From NCBI GenBank assembly GCA_043808785.1, contig JAZDEL010000004.1, forward strand, positions 60,001 to 92,000: 32,000 nucleotides of DNA, written 5' to 3'. Source of the DNA: Candidatus Iainarchaeum sp. (lineage in GTDB: Archaea; Iainarchaeota; Iainarchaeia; Iainarchaeales; JAZDEL01). The notes below the pieces were generated by a model, which did not search any database, had not been told where the DNA came from, and was given only the letters and a program-made list of their open reading frames with translations. A program made the translations under genes and the position numbers. The first letter of the stretch is position 1. Every line of letters starts with the position of its first letter. Positions 30,271 to 32,000 of the stretch are shown here, one piece after another.

Positions 30271-32000
30271 ATGGGCCTTAAAGAGATATACAGGGGAATG
30301 GAAAACGGCTATTATTCGTTCCTTGACTCCCTTGATGCCAAGGGAATTCCCGTTTACAAAATCATAGACCCTATAGATAAAATTGTCCCGTCGCTTGCGC
30401 TGCTGCTCGGGTTCGTTGCTCTTGTTATAATCGCGGGGCTGTTCCTGCTTATCGCGCCGATGGTTGTGCCGCAAGCATCGACACTGAAAATAAATGTTGC
30501 GGATGAGGGGGGCACGCCGATTTACAGGGCGAAGGTTACGTTCACGCTTGATGAAAAAACCACTGAAGCGGAAACGGATTACGAGGGAATGGCGCAGCTG
30601 GAGAATGCCGCTGTCGGGAAAAAGGTTTCCGTGAGCGCGGGGAAGGGCGGCTACCTGACGGAAAGCGCGGAGATTGAAATTACCGAGGCGCCGGTGCAGC
30701 TGCGCACAATCACCCTCAAGGAGGAAAGCGCGGCATACGAAACAAAAACGATAAGGCTTGTCGATTCCGCGGGCGCATCGCTGATGGAAAGCTTCGTGCT
30801 GAAGTTCACGTGCTCGAACCCGTACGCGGAACCGCCTGCGGATGTTTACCTCCAGCCCTCGGATTACGGCACGGCAACAGTGAGGGTGCCCACAAACTGC
30901 GAAACCCTGCGCGTAACAGTGAAGGACGGCACGGGCTACGCGGATTACGGGCCTGTTGATGTAAGCGGGAGCGACAAGACAATAACCCTCAGCGCGGCGG
31001 AGCGCGGGAAGGGAATGATTATCGCGTACGTGAGCGGCGAGGAGGGCACGCCGCTCAACGGCATAACAGTGAACCTCTACAGGTATGACGATATTGCCGA
31101 TAACCCGAACGTGGGGCCCATAGATTCGGAATACAGCTACGGGGGGAAGGCGGAATTTTCAAAGGCCGCGGGCAGTTACGTGCTCCGCACCTATGACGAG
31201 GAGGGCACTTACGGCGAACAGCAGTCCCCGAAAATCGTGCTGATTGACGGCGATACCGTCAGTTACGGTTTCACCCTGAGCGCAAACGTGAAGGGGAGCA
31301 TAAAAATAAAGGTTACTGATGCGGACACGGATGAGGCGATTGAGAATGCGGATGTCACGCTCGCCTATGAATCGAGCGGCAACGAACTTGCGGGGATGAA
31401 AACCGATGAAGATGGGCTTGCCGAGTTCAACATAAGCAGGGACGAAACATACAAGGCGACGGCGTATGCGGAGGGCTACTCCTTAGGCACGCTCTCGGGG
31501 CTGAGGAAGTCCGCTGACCAGTACACAATCGAACTCGAAAAATGCACCCCGAGCAGGTGCGGGACACTGAAAGTGCTTGTGATTGACGAGGAAAATGTGC
31601 CTGTGCAGAACGCGATTGTCGTGCTTTACGACGCGGGAAAGAACTGGCTTACAGGCTATGGGGAAAGGCTTTCGGACATAAACGGCGTTGCGGAGTTCAA
31701 GGGCGTGAGTTCCGGGAATTACTGGGCGTTTGCTTTCAAGGAATCGGCATCGGGGAGAAGCGATGCCGCGTACTTCTCCTCGCGCTCGCAGGGTTCGGGA
31801 GCAACGCTGACTGTTGCAATGCAGATAGGGCAGGGCGTTATCAGGGCGAGGATTACGGACAAGTACGGCGAGCCTGTGCCTTTCGCGGGAGTAGATGTAA
31901 GGAATGCCGCGGACGGGGGGGAGATAGGCGCTTCCCTCGGCGACGCGAACGGGATTTTCACAATCGAGACAAAGGCTGACAAGCGCGTTTATTTGGTTGT
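30271..32000 (+). CDS. Giant surface protein 3, N-terminal >=576 aa (runs off the window end); absent from the ORF track
   Basis: My manual translation of this frame found no stop from 30214 to 32000. The N-terminus is MGLKEIYRGMENGYYSFLDSLDAKGIPVYKIIDPIDKIVPS followed by the TM helix LALLLGFVALVIIAGLFLLIA. CarboxypepD_reg-like repeats follow (IKIKVTDADTDEAIENADVTLAY...AYAEGY; LKVLVIDEENVPVQNAIVVLYD...). GGGGG lies 9 nt upstream of ATG 30271; ATG 30262 is an alternative in-frame start. Confidence 0.75.
   Translation, partial: MGLKEIYRGMENGYYSFLDSLDAKGIPVYKIIDPIDKIVPSLALLLGFVALVIIAGLFLLIAPMVVPQASTLKINVADEGGTPIYRAKVTFTLDEKTTEAETDYEGMAQLENAAVGKKVSVSAGKGGYLTESAEIEITEAPVQLRTITLKEESAAYETKTIRLVDSAGASLMESFVLKFTCSNPYAEPPADVYLQPSDYGTATVRVPTNCETLRVTVKDGTGYADYGPVDVSGSDKTITLSAAERGKGMIIAYVSGEEGTPLNGITVNLYRYDDIADNPNVGPIDSEYSYGGKAEFSKAAGSYVLRTYDEEGTYGEQQSPKIVLIDGDTVSYGFTLSANVKGSIKIKVTDADTDEAIENADVTLAYESSGNELAGMKTDEDGLAEFNISRDETYKATAYAEGYSLGTLSGLRKSADQYTIELEKCTPSRCGTLKVLVIDEENVPVQNAIVVLYDAGKNWLTGYGERLSDINGVAEFKGVSSGNYWAFAFKESASGRSDAAYFSSRSQGSGATLTVAMQIGQGVIRARITDKYGEPVPFAGVDVRNAADGGEIGASLGDANGIFTIETKADKRVYLV

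Noticed and set aside
30196-30474. 92-aa minus-strand ORF at the start of giant gene 3.
   Set aside because: It lies antisense to the conserved N-terminal motif and TM region shared by the three paralogs. It is an R/K/N-rich shadow.
12176-32000. Diversity-generating retroelement or phase-variation mechanism acting on the giant surface genes.
   Set aside because: The window contains no reverse-transcriptase ORF, no near-identical template/variable repeat pair, no invertible-promoter inverted repeats and no long homopolymer tracts that I could see.
1-32000. CRISPR arrays, tRNA/rRNA genes, transposases or integrases.
   Set aside because: I found no regularly spaced direct repeats, no tRNA-like T-loop or acceptor patterns in the intergenic gaps, and no DDE, tyrosine-recombinase or serine-recombinase motifs in any ORF.

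Overview
This is most likely an archaeal contig. The evidence: AT-rich TATA-like boxes 25-60 nt upstream of most genes, oligo-T tracts after genes, GGAGG-type RBS inside operons, and a class III (type IV pilin-like) signal peptide lacking the bacterial Glu+5. The window has two contrasting halves.

Left half (1-12.1 kb) is an accessory, defence-type island containing:
- an RHH antitoxin plus the start of a PIN toxin at the window edge;
- a Cas4-like Fe-S nuclease-fold gene directly abutting a PolB-exo-like DEDDy exonuclease gene;
- a wHTH protein paired with a PIN-like protein;
- an ArsR-family regulator divergent from a type III restriction-modification operon (mod, small membrane protein, res, joined by TAATG overlaps);
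- a Pif1/RecD-like helicase fused to a C-terminal WYL domain;
- a TacT-like GNAT with no canonical upstream antitoxin but a convergent, overlapping 53-aa ORF.
The segment ~620-9600 is visibly AT-richer than both flanks.

Right half (12.1-32 kb) is about 20 kb occupied almost entirely by three paralogous giant membrane-anchored surface-protein genes: 2660 aa, 2592 aa, and a third of >=576 aa that runs off the window and is absent from the ORF track. Each has its own promoter and a shared N-terminal motif that I cannot assign to a known family (Y..LE..YY.F.D.L...GIPVY...P.E..IP.FP followed by a TM helix). They are interleaved with a type IV pilin-like protein and a 5-TM membrane protein.

This giant-protein/pilin cluster is my best candidate for a novel system, possibly a cell-surface attachment or cell-cell interaction apparatus. 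Its function cannot be established from sequence alone. I recognised no rRNA, tRNA, CRISPR array, transposase or integrase.
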